A stretch of 64,000 nt of DNA from Planctomycetota bacterium (GTDB taxonomy: Bacteria; Planctomycetota; GCA-002687715; CAIWVZ01): the NCBI GenBank assembly GCA_044222185.1, contig JBGANV010000011.1, forward strand, positions 64,001 through 128,000, read 5' to 3'. The notes under the pieces were generated by a model. It was not told where the DNA came from. It saw only the letters and a list, made by a program, of their open reading frames with translations, and did not search any database. Both the position numbers and the translations under genes were made by a program. This document shows positions 38,916 to 48,946 of this stretch, in pieces. Every line of letters begins with the position of its first letter. Position 1 is the first letter of the stretch.

Positions 38916-39479
38916 ATGCCGAGTTTCGTCGGAATCTCCGGAAGCCTCCGCGCGGGTTCGTTCAACACGGGGATCCTCCGAGCGGCGGCCGCCGTCATGC
39001 CCTCCGGCTGCACGCTCGCCGTGGAGTCGATCCGCGGCATCCCGCTCTACGACGCCGATGCGGAGGCCGCGACTGGCATCCCACCGCGCGTCGCGGAACT
39101 GAAGGACAGGATCGCGTCCTCCGACGGACTGATCATCGCCACTCCCGAGTACAACAACTCCATCCCCGGCGTACTGAAGAACGCGACCGACTGGCTCACC
39201 CGTCCGCCGACCGACTCGAAGCGCGTTTTCTCCGGCCGCGCCGTCGCGCTCCTCGGTGCGACGCCCGGCGGGCTCGGCACCGTGCTCGCGCAGGACGCGT
39301 GGCTGCCGATTCTCCGCGCGCTGGGCTGCCGCCCGTGGTTCGGCGGGAGACTGCTCATCTCGAAGGCTCCGGCTCTTTTCGACGCCCAGGGCAACCTGAC
39401 GGACGAGGCGACCCGAAAGCAGATCCAGGATTTCGTCGCCGGATTCGCGGCGTTCGCGTCCGGCGGCGCGTCGCGGTGA
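38916..39479 (+). CDS. NADPH-dependent FMN reductase (ChrR/SsuE-like)
   Basis: GSLRAGSFN, TPEYNNSIPGVLKNATDW; GGAG RBS. Confidence 0.92.
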   Translation: MPSFVGISGSLRAGSFNTGILRAAAAVMPSGCTLAVESIRGIPLYDADAEAATGIPPRVAELKDRIASSDGLIIATPEYNNSIPGVLKNATDWLTRPPTDSKRVFSGRAVALLGATPGGLGTVLAQDAWLPILRALGCRPWFGGRLLISKAPALFDAQGNLTDEATRKQIQDFVAGFAAFASGGASR

Positions 39480-39565
39480 AGCGACGCACGCGTCGCGCCG
39501 CGGCGGCCGTGCGAACACCGCCGGAGGCCGTCGACAATCGAGCCGAACGTGGGATGATCGCGCCC

Positions 39566-40990
39566 ATGAATCCGTGGGTCGCCTCCCTACTCTGCCTGCT
39601 TCCGATCGTCGGGTGCGCGTCGCATTCCTCGTCCGCCACGTCGCGGCGCCCGAACGTCGTGTTGATCGTCGCCGATGACATGGGCTTCGGCGACGTCGGC
39701 GCGAACGACCCGCGCGTGACGTGGACGCCTCGGCTCGATCGGCTGGCGCGTCAGGGCGCGCGGCTCACGGACTTCTACGTGTCGCAGCCGGTGTGCTCGG
39801 CCTCGCGGGCGTCGATCCTCACGGGTTGCTACGCGAGCCGTGTCGGCATCAGCGGTGCGTTGGCGCCGTCGGACGAGGTGGGCATCGCCGACGGCGAGCA
39901 GACGTTGGCCCAGGTCTGCCGTGCCCAGGGATACGCCACTGCGGCCTTCGGGAAATGGCACCTGGGGCATCACCCACGGTTCCTTCCGCTGCGGCACGGA
40001 TTCGACCGCTTCCTCGGCATCCCCTATTCGAACGACATGGGTCCTGAGAACGCCGAGCGCCCGACGGCATGGCCACCGCTGCCACTCATCGAGAACGAGC
40101 GGATCGTCGAGCTGAATCCCGACCAGTCGCGCTTCACGCGGATGTTCACGGATGGCGCCGTGGCGTTCATCGAAGAGAGCGCGCGCCGCAAACAGCCGTT
40201 CTTCGCCTACGTCGCGCACCCCATGCCGCACGTTCCGCTGCACGCGTCCGATCGGTTCCGGGGTTCCACCGGCCACGGCCTGTATGCCGACGTGATCGCG
40301 GAGATCGACTGGTCCGTCGGAGCAATCGAGGACGCGCTTTCGCGCGCGGGCGTGTCGGACGAAACGCTGCTGATCTTCACCTCCGACAACGGGCCATGGC
40401 TCGTCTTCGGCGATCATGCAGGGTCGACGGCAGGGCTGCGTGAGGGCAAGGGCACGACGTTCGAAGGTGGCGTGAGGGTGCCAGCCCTGTTCCGCTGGCC
40501 CGGCGTGATCCCCGCGGGACACGTGAGTGCCGAGCCCGCCATGACGATCGACCTCCTCCCGACGATCGCGAAGCTGATCGGTGCGCCGCTGCCGCCGCTT
40601 GCGATCGACGGCGCGGACATCGGCCCGTTGCTCACGGACGACGGAGCCGCGTCGCCTCACGAGGCGTTGTTCTTCTGGTACCAGCGCAACGATCTGGAGG
40701 CCGTCCGATCGGGTCGCTTCAAGCTGCACTTCGCACACGGCTATCGGTCGATGATCGGCCGAGCCCCCGGGAAGGGTGGCCGCGCAGGGCAATACGATTG
40801 GAACCGACGGACTGGGACCGAACTGTATGACCTCGTCGATGATCCAGCGGAGGCGCGGAACGTGGCCGCGGACCACCCCGACGTGGTGGCCCGGCTCTCA
40901 CGCCTCGCCGATGACATGCGACGGCGTCTCGGCGACAACCTCACGCGTTCGGTGGGCACGGATTCGCGCCCGGCCGGACGGGAGCCGTAG
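39566..40990 (+). CDS. Formylglycine-dependent sulfatase (arylsulfatase A-like), lipoprotein
   Basis: PNVVLIVADDMG, CSASR, GKWHLG, SDNGP, EGGVRVP; lipobox IVGC. Confidence 0.93.
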   Translation: MNPWVASLLCLLPIVGCASHSSSATSRRPNVVLIVADDMGFGDVGANDPRVTWTPRLDRLARQGARLTDFYVSQPVCSASRASILTGCYASRVGISGALAPSDEVGIADGEQTLAQVCRAQGYATAAFGKWHLGHHPRFLPLRHGFDRFLGIPYSNDMGPENAERPTAWPPLPLIENERIVELNPDQSRFTRMFTDGAVAFIEESARRKQPFFAYVAHPMPHVPLHASDRFRGSTGHGLYADVIAEIDWSVGAIEDALSRAGVSDETLLIFTSDNGPWLVFGDHAGSTAGLREGKGTTFEGGVRVPALFRWPGVIPAGHVSAEPAMTIDLLPTIAKLIGAPLPPLAIDGADIGPLLTDDGAASPHEALFFWYQRNDLEAVRSGRFKLHFAHGYRSMIGRAPGKGGRAGQYDWNRRTGTELYDLVDDPAEARNVAADHPDVVARLSRLADDMRRRLGDNLTRSVGTDSRPAGREP

Positions 40991-41208
40991 GCGTCGCAAC
41001 GTCCGGGAACGCGAGGGATCCTCCAGCCCCCCGGAGCCAGACGGCGCGCCGTCCACCCCCGACCAGGCCCGCCTCGCCATCCGCAACCATCGATTCCGCA
41101 GTAACTTGCGCTCCGGAGTCACCCGTCGACGCGGCGCCGCCAAAACCGACCTTCGGCGGAATCCGCCGCGAAGCTCGCCGCCTCGCGTCGTATCCGGTTG
41201 CAACTGCC

Positions 41209-41385
41209 ATGAGCCCTGACCGCTGCACACGTTGTCGAGGAACGACCCCCATCGGAACGCGGGTCTGCCTCGCCTGCCGGCAGCGTGAGCGGGCGCGCGC
41301 GGATCGCGGATGGAGTTACCAGGCAGCCATGTGCCTGGTCGATCTCATCCTGAACCTCGTGCTGACGATCCTCGCTTGTCTTTGA
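41209..41385 (+). CDS. Small Cys4 (zinc-ribbon-like) membrane protein, 58 aa
   Basis: Manual translation MSPDRCTRCRGTTPIGTRVCLACRQRERARADRGWSYQAAMCLVDLILNLVLTILACL. Absent from the ORF track; paralogous to the next ORF. Confidence 0.65.
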   Translation: MSPDRCTRCRGTTPIGTRVCLACRQRERARADRGWSYQAAMCLVDLILNLVLTILACL

Positions 41386-41437
41386 CCTGCGTTCCGTCGA
41401 GCAGCCCAATCGCGTCCCCTTTCGAGAGTTGAGAGCG

Positions 41438-41629
41438 ATGGACAGGCCGACCGAGTGCATCCGCTGCGCCCGAACGAAGCCCCTGCTGAGTGGCGTCTGC
41501 GCCTCGTGCCGGCGGACCGAGCGAGAACGCACACCCTGGGTCCGCGAGAAGCGGCCCGGCGGGCTCTGGTTCGAGCTTGGCGAGTTCGTCGCGCAGGTGC
41601 TGCTCGGCTCCCTGCTCGGGGGTCTCTGA
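41438..41629 (+). CDS. Small Cys4 (zinc-ribbon-like) membrane protein, 63 aa
   Basis: MDRPTECIRCARTKPLLSGVCASCRRTERER...FVAQVLLGSLLGGL; same CxRC-x10-CxxC spacing as the upstream ORF. Confidence 0.65.
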   Translation: MDRPTECIRCARTKPLLSGVCASCRRTERERTPWVREKRPGGLWFELGEFVAQVLLGSLLGGL

Positions 41630-41682
41630 CGGCGGCGACGGCGCTTTCGCCACCCCCGACTCGCTAAACTGTTGGCACTTCC

Positions 41683-42216
41683 ATGCAGAGCAAAGCCACG
41701 ACCGTCGCCGAGTACCTGAAGGCGATGCCGGCCGACCGCCGCGCCGAGATCGACAAAGTCCGAAAGGTCATCCTCGAGAACCTCGACGCGGATTACGAGG
41801 AGGGGATGCAATACGGGATGATCGGCTACTACGTGCCGCACCGCATCCTGCCGCAGGGCTATCACTGCGATCCGAAGCAGCCCTTGCCGTTCGCCGGACT
41901 CGCGTCCCAGAAGGGATACAACTCGCTCTACCTCATGTCGGTGTATGGCGACGCCGAACACGCCAAGTGGTTCCACCAGGCGTGGGCGAAGACCGGCAAG
42001 AAGCTCGACATGGGAAAGGCCTGCATCCGCTTCAAGAAGGCGGACGACCTGGCATTGGACGTCGTCGGCGAGGTCTTCAGGCGCGTGCCCGCCGCCCGTT
42101 ATGTCGAGCGCTATCTGATCACGCTTGCAACGATGAAGAGCCGCCCCCCGAAGGCCGCCAGGCCCGCGCGAGCCAAGGCTGCGTCGGCGAAATCGCGGGT
42201 GAACAAGAACGGCTGA
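41683..42216 (+). CDS. DUF1801 (YdhG-like) domain protein
   Basis: TTVAEYL, YGMIGY, LASQKGYNSLYL, DMGKACIRFKK; Lys/Ala-rich tail. Confidence 0.85.
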   Translation: MQSKATTVAEYLKAMPADRRAEIDKVRKVILENLDADYEEGMQYGMIGYYVPHRILPQGYHCDPKQPLPFAGLASQKGYNSLYLMSVYGDAEHAKWFHQAWAKTGKKLDMGKACIRFKKADDLALDVVGEVFRRVPAARYVERYLITLATMKSRPPKAARPARAKAASAKSRVNKNG

Positions 42217-42241
42217 TCGGCTCGGACGCGCCGCGCGGATT

Positions 42242-43156
42242 TCACGCTGTCGCGTGAGCTGAAGCGAGCGCGCGCAAGCGGTGCCAATGGCGCTCCACGT
42301 CGTCCCAGACGTCGTCCACGTCGAACGCGGACTTCCGGAACCGACCCTGAAGCGAGAAGTACCGCTCGATCGCCGGCCGCGACATCTCGGGCTCGACGTT
42401 GATCGTGTAGCGCGAGCCGTGGAACACCTCGAAGACCGGATACAGGCCTGATCGAACCGCCAATCGCACGAGTTCGATCCCATCCGCGGGCTCCGATTTC
42501 CACCCGGTGGGGCACGGCGACAGAACGTGGAGAAAGCGGAACCCTCCGATCCCGAGCGCATCGCGCATCTTGCGCACCATGTCGTCCGGGTGAGCGAGCG
42601 ACAACGACGCCGCATACGGCACGCGATGCGCCGCCATGATTCCGAGGATGTCCTTCTTCGGGACGAGCTTGCCGCGCGTGGTCGTCGTCGTCTTTGCGCC
42701 GAGCGGCGTGGCGGAGGACCGCTGTCCGCCCGTGTTGCCGTAGATCTCGTTGTCGTAGCAGATGTAGAGGATGTCCTCGTCGCGTTCGGCCGCGGCCGAC
42801 AGCGTCGCCATGCCGATGTCGTACGTCCCGCCGTCGCCTGCGAAGCAGATGACGCGCGTCGACTCGCCGTTCATCCGCGCCACGTGCGCGAGGCCTGTCG
42901 CAACCGCCGCTGCGGACGCGAACGTCGATGCCGCCACGGGTGCCCCGTAGTTCGAGTACGGATAGGGACCCGCCGTGACGATCCCGCAACACGCGGGAAT
43001 CACGAGTTGAACGCGGCGCTCGCCGATCGCGTGACTGAGCATGTTGAGCGCGATCGACATGCCGCACCCGCCGCAATTGGTGTTGCCCGCGCGCAACAGC
43101 GGTTCGGCGCGATCGAAACGACTCTGCGCGAGTCCGTGAAGAAGCGGCTCGCTCAT
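42242..43156 (-). CDS. porB: 2-oxoacid:acceptor oxidoreductase beta subunit (TPP-binding)
   Basis: CGGCG, GDGGTYDIG...YDNEIYGNTGGQ TPP motif, SPCPTGW. ATGA overlap with the alpha subunit. Confidence 0.9.
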   Translation of the reverse strand: MSEPLLHGLAQSRFDRAEPLLRAGNTNCGGCGMSIALNMLSHAIGERRVQLVIPACCGIVTAGPYPYSNYGAPVAASTFASAAAVATGLAHVARMNGESTRVICFAGDGGTYDIGMATLSAAAERDEDILYICYDNEIYGNTGGQRSSATPLGAKTTTTTRGKLVPKKDILGIMAAHRVPYAASLSLAHPDDMVRKMRDALGIGGFRFLHVLSPCPTGWKSEPADGIELVRLAVRSGLYPVFEVFHGSRYTINVEPEMSRPAIERYFSLQGRFRKSAFDVDDVWDDVERHWHRLRALASAHATA

Positions 43157-44316
43157 CGCTCCACCTCCACGAGCCTGGGCTCGTCCGCACTGGGTTTCGC
43201 CGACAGGTCGTCCAAGAGCCGTGCAATGTGCTCGGGGAGTACGTCGCCGCCGCCGAGGCCGACCATGTAGCTCTGGACCAGGCTCCCTGGGGCCGCGCAA
43301 CCACGCACTTCGCTCCACAAGATTCCGCCGAGCCCGGGGCAGAGATCGCGATCGATGATCCCGATGCGCGATGCGCGCGCAAGGAACCGTCGCAGCGTCG
43401 CGTCGGGAAATGGCCTGAACATCCGCACCCGCAGGCTGCCGACCTTGACTCCCCGACCGCGCGCTTCGTCCACCACGCGTCGAATCGTCGCTGCCGTCGT
43501 CCCCATCGAGACGAGGACGATGTCCGCATCGTCCATGCGATAGGGCACCACGGGATCGGCCACGCGACGTCCGAAGCAGGTCTCGAATGCCTCCTGACAT
43601 TCGCCATAGACCGCGGGGACGGCGGCCATCGCTTCCATCATCTGCCGCCGATGAACTTCGGTCTCGTGGGGGAAGTCCAGCCCGCCGATGGTGCGTGGTC
43701 CTGCCCCGAGCCGATGGTGCAGGTCCAACACCGGCAGGAATTCATCGACGGTTTCCTGCGCTGGGATCTCCGTCGGCATCATGGTGTGCGAGAGAACGAA
43801 CGCGTCCTGACAGACCATCACCGGCAGGCTGATGCGATGATCCTCGGCGAGGCGATAGGCCAGCAGGATCGAATCCGTCACTTCCTGGTTGTCCTCGCAA
43901 TAGAACTGGATCCAGCCCGCGTCGCGAAGGAGCAGCGTGTCGCCGTGGTCCACCCAGATGTTCCATGGGGGCCCGAGGGTTCGATTCACGGCCATCATGA
44001 CGACGGGAAGCCGATACATGGCGGCGTTGATGACGTTCTCCGTCATGTACGCGAGCCCATTGGACGACGACGCCGTGAACGACCGCGCACCGCCCAGGGC
44101 GAAACCGATGCACACCGCCATGGCGCTGTGCTCGCTCTCGACGCGGACGATCGTGCCCTTCTCGATCTCGAGGTCGCACAGAAGTTCGATGCACTCGCTC
44201 TGCGGAGTGATCGGATAGACGCCGCCACCGAAGCCTCGGCCACTGCGGTTTGCGGAGCCCGCAAGTGCGGCGGCCTTCGCGGCTGCGTGATTCGCACTGA
44301 GGAGTTCGATGGTCAT
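43153..44316 (-). CDS. porA: 2-oxoacid:acceptor oxidoreductase alpha subunit
   Basis: YPITPQ, VESEHSAM, TASSSNGL, RMFRPFP, GLGG. Confidence 0.9.
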   Translation of the reverse strand: MTIELLSANHAAAKAAALAGSANRSGRGFGGGVYPITPQSECIELLCDLEIEKGTIVRVESEHSAMAVCIGFALGGARSFTASSSNGLAYMTENVINAAMYRLPVVMMAVNRTLGPPWNIWVDHGDTLLLRDAGWIQFYCEDNQEVTDSILLAYRLAEDHRISLPVMVCQDAFVLSHTMMPTEIPAQETVDEFLPVLDLHHRLGAGPRTIGGLDFPHETEVHRRQMMEAMAAVPAVYGECQEAFETCFGRRVADPVVPYRMDDADIVLVSMGTTAATIRRVVDEARGRGVKVGSLRVRMFRPFPDATLRRFLARASRIGIIDRDLCPGLGGILWSEVRGCAAPGSLVQSYMVGLGGGDVLPEHIARLLDDLSAKPSADEPRLVEVER

Positions 44317-46547
44317 AGCGACGTCATCTCCATGGCTTTCCGCGGGCACTCGTGGACGCAGATCCCGCAGCCCTTGCAGAACGAGTAGTCGACTTCATAG
44401 GAGCCGTCGCGCCGCCGCAGGATGCCCTCCGGGCAATACACGAGGCAGGTGTCGCACTTCGTGCAGTGTCCGCACGAGAAGCACCGATGCGCCTCCAACG
44501 TGCCGTCGAGTCCGTAGTTGACGGGCGCAAAGCTCTTCACGCGCGAGGCGGCGTGCTCGACCCGTTCGCAGGCGGGCGCAGTGCGGGCGAAGTGATCGAG
44601 GCGGATGTCGGTGACGGGGACGGCGGTCGAGCGATCGGGCCGACGGAACACGTCCACGGACTCACCGAGCGCGGCGAGGGCAGATCCCGCCACGCGGCGA
44701 CCGTCCCCGATCGCATGTGTGACCGTGCCGTCGCCCGTGGAGAAGTCGCCGGCCGCCCACACGTTCGTCGCGATTCCACCGTCGTAGAGTCGCCCCTCGC
44801 GCAGGTCCCACCCGGGCGGAACCAGCGAGCGGTCGGCGGACTGTCCGAGCGCGACGAGCACGCGGTCGCACGCGAACGGGTGCACCCGATCGGTGACGAC
44901 GGGCTCGCATCGCCCCGTCGAATCCGGTTCCCCCTGGATCACCTCCGCCAGCTCGACGGCGCTGACGCATCCTTCGCCGAGGAACCCAACGGGCTGCCGT
45001 TGGAGGAGGAAGTCGATCCCTTCCGCTCGCGCTTCTTCGACCTCCTCGCGGATCGCCGGCATCTCCTCGGCGGTCCGCCGATAGACGACCGTGACCTGCC
45101 GAGCCCCCGAGCGAAGGGCGCTGCGGGCGCAGTCGATGGCCGTGTTGCCGCCGCCGAGCACGACCACGTGTCCAAAGCACCGATCGCCGCCCGCGAGGTT
45201 CACCCTGCGCAGGAAGTCCAGTCCCTGCTCGATTCCCACGAGGCGTCCGCCTGGCACGTCCAGTCGCCGAGGCTTCGCCAGTCCCGTGGCCAGGATGACG
45301 GCGTCGAACTCCCGGGCCAGCGCGACGACGCGGCTCCAATCGACGGACTGGCCGAGCCGCGTCTCGACGCCGAGGTCGACGATCGCCCGCACCTCCCGGT
45401 CGACGACCGCGCGCGGCAGGCGGAACTCTGGAATCCCCGTGCGCAGAAGCCCACCCAGCGACTTCTCGCCATCGAGGATCGTCACGCGGTGCCCTGCACG
45501 CACGGTCGTATACGCCGCGCTCAGTCCGGCAGGGCCGCCGCCCACGATCGCGATGCGGCGGGCCGACTCACTGAGGCGTTCGGGCCGCTGCGCGACAGGC
45601 GCATGCTCGGCCACCCAACGCTCGAGCCCGCGGATGTGGACCGAGCCGTCGTATTCGCGGCGGTTGCAGCCCTCCATGCACGGTGCAGGACAGACGTGAC
45701 CACAGACGGCCGCGAGCGGAGTCGATCGACCGAGGATCCGAGCCGCCTCCGCGACGCCGGCCGTGGCGGTCGCCTGAACGAACCCGACGACGTCGTTTCC
45801 CGCGGGACACCACGCGTTGCAGGGAGCGAGGTGCTCGACGTGGTGGGGCTCCTGCGTCCGCCAGCTCCCCGTCTTCAACCCGGTCGAGGGACCTGCAACG
45901 TGTTCCGTGAGCGGGAGCACGCCGGCCGCCGTTGCTCGCGCCACCGGAGGGCGCGCGAGCGTCGCCGGATCTCCGTCCTGCGGCGCCCGCATGGTGACGG
46001 CGTCGTAGGCCTCGCGCGCCGCCGCGAGGTTGCTCGCCAGTCCCAGGTGATGGAAGGTCGCTTCGAGGGCCGACCGTGGCAGTCCCAACAGTCTTGCGAA
46101 CGCGCCCGCCATCGTCGTGTTGACGATCACGACGGACCTGGTGCCGATCCGATGGCGGCGCGCGATCTCCGTCGCATCCACCGTCGCCAGACGGAACGCG
46201 CCGAAGCGACCATCGAATGCAGCGAGCGGCTTCGACGTGTTGATGGCGAGGATCCCACCTGGCGCGAGCCCCGTCAGGATGTCCGTTCCGAGAAGAGTCG
46301 GATCGAGCACCAGGATGTGGTCGGGTCGGTTGACCTTGTTTCGATTCGTGATGGGCGCGTCGCTGATGCGCGCGAACGCGCGCACGGGCGCACCCGATCG
46401 CTCCCCCGCGTAGTCGCCGAACGTCTGCACGCTCTTGCCCATCTCCGCGTGGACGGCGGCGATGATCTTCGCGCAGGTGACGCCTCCCTGACCGCCGCGT
46501 CCGTGGACCCGAATCTCGATCGTGTCCCGAGAATGCGCCTCGCCCAT
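44313..46547 (-). CDS. Fusion of 2-oxoacid oxidoreductase gamma subunit, GltD/DsrL-like Fe-S flavoprotein and 2x[4Fe-4S] (delta-like) domain
   Basis: HGRGGQG and ERSGAPV (gamma); CNAWCP and CGHVCPAPCMEGCNR; GGGPAG, GGGNTAID, YRR, AAGD; CFSCGHCTKCDTCLVYCP and CKGCGICVHECP. Confidence 0.9.
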   Translation of the reverse strand: MGEAHSRDTIEIRVHGRGGQGGVTCAKIIAAVHAEMGKSVQTFGDYAGERSGAPVRAFARISDAPITNRNKVNRPDHILVLDPTLLGTDILTGLAPGGILAINTSKPLAAFDGRFGAFRLATVDATEIARRHRIGTRSVVIVNTTMAGAFARLLGLPRSALEATFHHLGLASNLAAAREAYDAVTMRAPQDGDPATLARPPVARATAAGVLPLTEHVAGPSTGLKTGSWRTQEPHHVEHLAPCNAWCPAGNDVVGFVQATATAGVAEAARILGRSTPLAAVCGHVCPAPCMEGCNRREYDGSVHIRGLERWVAEHAPVAQRPERLSESARRIAIVGGGPAGLSAAYTTVRAGHRVTILDGEKSLGGLLRTGIPEFRLPRAVVDREVRAIVDLGVETRLGQSVDWSRVVALAREFDAVILATGLAKPRRLDVPGGRLVGIEQGLDFLRRVNLAGGDRCFGHVVVLGGGNTAIDCARSALRSGARQVTVVYRRTAEEMPAIREEVEEARAEGIDFLLQRQPVGFLGEGCVSAVELAEVIQGEPDSTGRCEPVVTDRVHPFACDRVLVALGQSADRSLVPPGWDLREGRLYDGGIATNVWAAGDFSTGDGTVTHAIGDGRRVAGSALAALGESVDVFRRPDRSTAVPVTDIRLDHFARTAPACERVEHAASRVKSFAPVNYGLDGTLEAHRCFSCGHCTKCDTCLVYCPEGILRRRDGSYEVDYSFCKGCGICVHECPRKAMEMTSL

Positions 46548-46750
46548 GGTGTGGCCCCGCAGTCGCCGCTCCCGGCACTTTCGGTCGATCCGCTGCGGAC
46601 CCGAGGCCCGCGAAGAACGAGATCGAAGCTCAGGCCGCAGGAGACGAGGCCATCATCGACCCCACCGGCCATCCTCCCCATTGGGCTTTCATCGAAACGG
46701 CGTCTGCGCACCCGGGCGAAGGCCGCGGTGCGCATGGGTCTCACGTGCGA

Positions 46751-48289
46751 TCACTTCGCGACGGGTCGGGTGTCGAGCGGGGGCTCGGGCGCACCCTCGA
46801 CGCGGGCTTCTCGACGCAGCCGCCCGAGTTCACGCTGCATCTCGAGGAACACCGCGGCGTACTTCGGGTCCGCATGGACGCTCGACATCTCGTGCGGATC
46901 GGACTCGAGGTCGAAGAGCTCCCACTCATCGATCAGGTAGTAGTGCACGAGCTTGTAGCGATCAGTGCGCACGCCGCAGTGCCGTTGAACGTCGTGAGTC
47001 GAGCCCGGTCCAAACCACTCGTAGTAGTGGTAGTAGACGGAGGTCCGCCAGTCCGCAGGCGACTCGCCTGCGAGCAATGGAACGAGGCTCCTGCCCTGCA
47101 TGTCGCCCGGTGCCTCGACGCCGGCGAGGTCGAGGAACGTCTGGGCGAAGTCCAGGTTCTGCACCAGCTGCCCGACCTCGCTCCCGGGTGTGGTGACGCC
47201 CGGCCAGCGAACGATCAACGGCATGCGAAGGGACTCCTCGTACATCCACCGCTTGTCGAACCAGCCGTGGTCACCGAGGAAGAACCCCTGATCAGACGAG
47301 TAGACGACGACGGTGTTCTGCGCGAGCCCGGACTCGTCGAGATAGGCGAGCACGCGGCCCAGGTTGTCGTCCACGGACGCGACGCAGCGAAGGTAATCCT
47401 TGATGTAGCGCTGGTACTTCCAGCGGGTGAGCGCGTCGCCGACGAGGCCTGCACGCGCGAACTCCGCGTTCTTCGGCCCGTATGCCGCGTCCCACGCCTG
47501 CCGTTGCGCGGCGTTCAGGTTGCCGGGACGCTCGAGTTTCAGATCGCCCGGTGTCAGGTCCCGGGCGACGGTCATCGTCTGCGCCCTCGCCGCGGTGGTA
47601 CGGCCGCTCCAATCGTCGAATAGGTTCTCGGGCTCGGGGATGTCGCGATCGTCGTAGAGCGTGAGGTGGTTGGGGCCGGGTGACCACTCGCGGTGCGGCG
47701 CCTTGTGCTGGAGCATCAAGAGGAAGGGTTTCGAGGGATCTCGGCCCTTCTTCAACCAATCGAGGCTCAGATCCGTGATGAGGTCGGTGGTGTATCCCGT
47801 GAGTTTCGTGCGACCGCCAGGCACCAGCATCACGGGGTTGTAGTAGGTCCCCTGCCCCACCAGGACCTGCCAGCGATCGAACCCCGTGGGCTCGCTCACG
47901 AGGTGCCACTTGCCGATCATCGCCGTCTGGTACCCGGCCGATTGCATCAACTTCGGGAACGTCGTCTGCGACCCGTCGAAGGTCGTTCGATTGTCCATCA
48001 TCCCGTTCAAGTGGCTGTGCTTGCCCGTGAGGATGACGGCGCGGCTCGGTCCGCAGATGGCGTTCGTCGCGAAACAGTTGCGGAACAGAGTGCCCTCGCG
48101 GGCGAGGCGATCGATGGACGGTGTGGTGTTGATCTTCGAGCCGTAGGCACTGATCGCGTGCGCCGCGTGGTCGTCGGTGAAGACGAACACGATGTTCGGC
48201 CGCTGCGGGAGCGGGACCTGGCGCGGCGCGGTCGCACACCCTGCGACGAACGCCGCCGCCACTCCGAAGAAAGCCCGCCACCACGTCAC
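46751..48289 (-). CDS. Formylglycine-dependent sulfatase, lipoprotein
   Basis: [40 protein letters not shown]; lipobox VAGC; GTG overlaps the osmC stop. Confidence 0.93.
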   Translation of the reverse strand: MTWWRAFFGVAAAFVAGCATAPRQVPLPQRPNIVFVFTDDHAAHAISAYGSKINTTPSIDRLAREGTLFRNCFATNAICGPSRAVILTGKHSHLNGMMDNRTTFDGSQTTFPKLMQSAGYQTAMIGKWHLVSEPTGFDRWQVLVGQGTYYNPVMLVPGGRTKLTGYTTDLITDLSLDWLKKGRDPSKPFLLMLQHKAPHREWSPGPNHLTLYDDRDIPEPENLFDDWSGRTTAARAQTMTVARDLTPGDLKLERPGNLNAAQRQAWDAAYGPKNAEFARAGLVGDALTRWKYQRYIKDYLRCVASVDDNLGRVLAYLDESGLAQNTVVVYSSDQGFFLGDHGWFDKRWMYEESLRMPLIVRWPGVTTPGSEVGQLVQNLDFAQTFLDLAGVEAPGDMQGRSLVPLLAGESPADWRTSVYYHYYEWFGPGSTHDVQRHCGVRTDRYKLVHYYLIDEWELFDLESDPHEMSSVHADPKYAAVFLEMQRELGRLRREARVEGAPEPPLDTRPVAK

Positions 48290-48708
48290 CCGAGCTTCGC
48301 CTCCATGGTGATCGTCGCCTTCAGGGCGCGGGACACGGGGCAGTTCGCCTTCGCGTCCGCCGCGATCTCCTGAAACTTCTCCGGCGTGATCACGGGGACC
48401 TTCGCATTCATCACGAGGTGGATCGTGGTGATCGTCCAGGCGCCATTCACCTGCTCGAGCGTGAGCGTGGCCTCCGTCGTGAGGGATTCGGGCACGAATC
48501 CGGCTTTGCCCAGGGAGGCGGACGTGGCCATGGTGAAGCAGCCGGCATGAGCCGCCGCGATCAGTTCCTCGGGGTTCGTGCCGGTCCCGTTCTCGAATCG
48601 CGTGGAGAACGAGTACGCCGTGTTCTTGAGAACGCCACTCGGAGTCGAGAGGGCGCCGGCACCAGCCTTCAGATCACCCTTCCAGACGGCAGTCGCTGAG
48701 CGTTTCAT
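48286..48708 (-). CDS. osmC: OsmC-family peroxiredoxin
   Basis: [43 protein letters not shown]; AAGGAG RBS. Confidence 0.93.
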   Translation of the reverse strand: MKRSATAVWKGDLKAGAGALSTPSGVLKNTAYSFSTRFENGTGTNPEELIAAAHAGCFTMATSASLGKAGFVPESLTTEATLTLEQVNGAWTITTIHLVMNAKVPVITPEKFQEIAADAKANCPVSRALKATITMEAKLG

Positions 48709-48946
48709 GAGTTCTCCTTCTTCGTTCCGCGCACGGACTCGGCACGCGGGGCGTGCCACGGGTTCACCTCGATCGATGGGGGCGCACAGCCTACCCGAGA
48801 TCCAGCTGAGGCGCCCGACCTGCGTCGCCGGAACGTGCGTCATGATAGGCTGCCCGACTTCCGCACCGCGTTCATCCGCGCCGTCGAACGGGACGCCACG
48901 CGCCGTCCCGCCCGCGACCGTCCCCATCGCCCCGAAAGGAGATGCC

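Noticed and set aside
41329-41385. 18-aa hydrophobic ORF resembling an Ibs-type type I toxin
   Set aside because: It is the in-frame C-terminal tail of the 58-aa Cys4 protein starting at 41209. No antisense RNA evidence.
28113-48760. TGGCAC motifs as sigma-54 promoters (near 28114, 41673 and 48745)
   Set aside because: None has the correct GG-N10-GC spacing together with a good -12 element in the orientation of a downstream gene.
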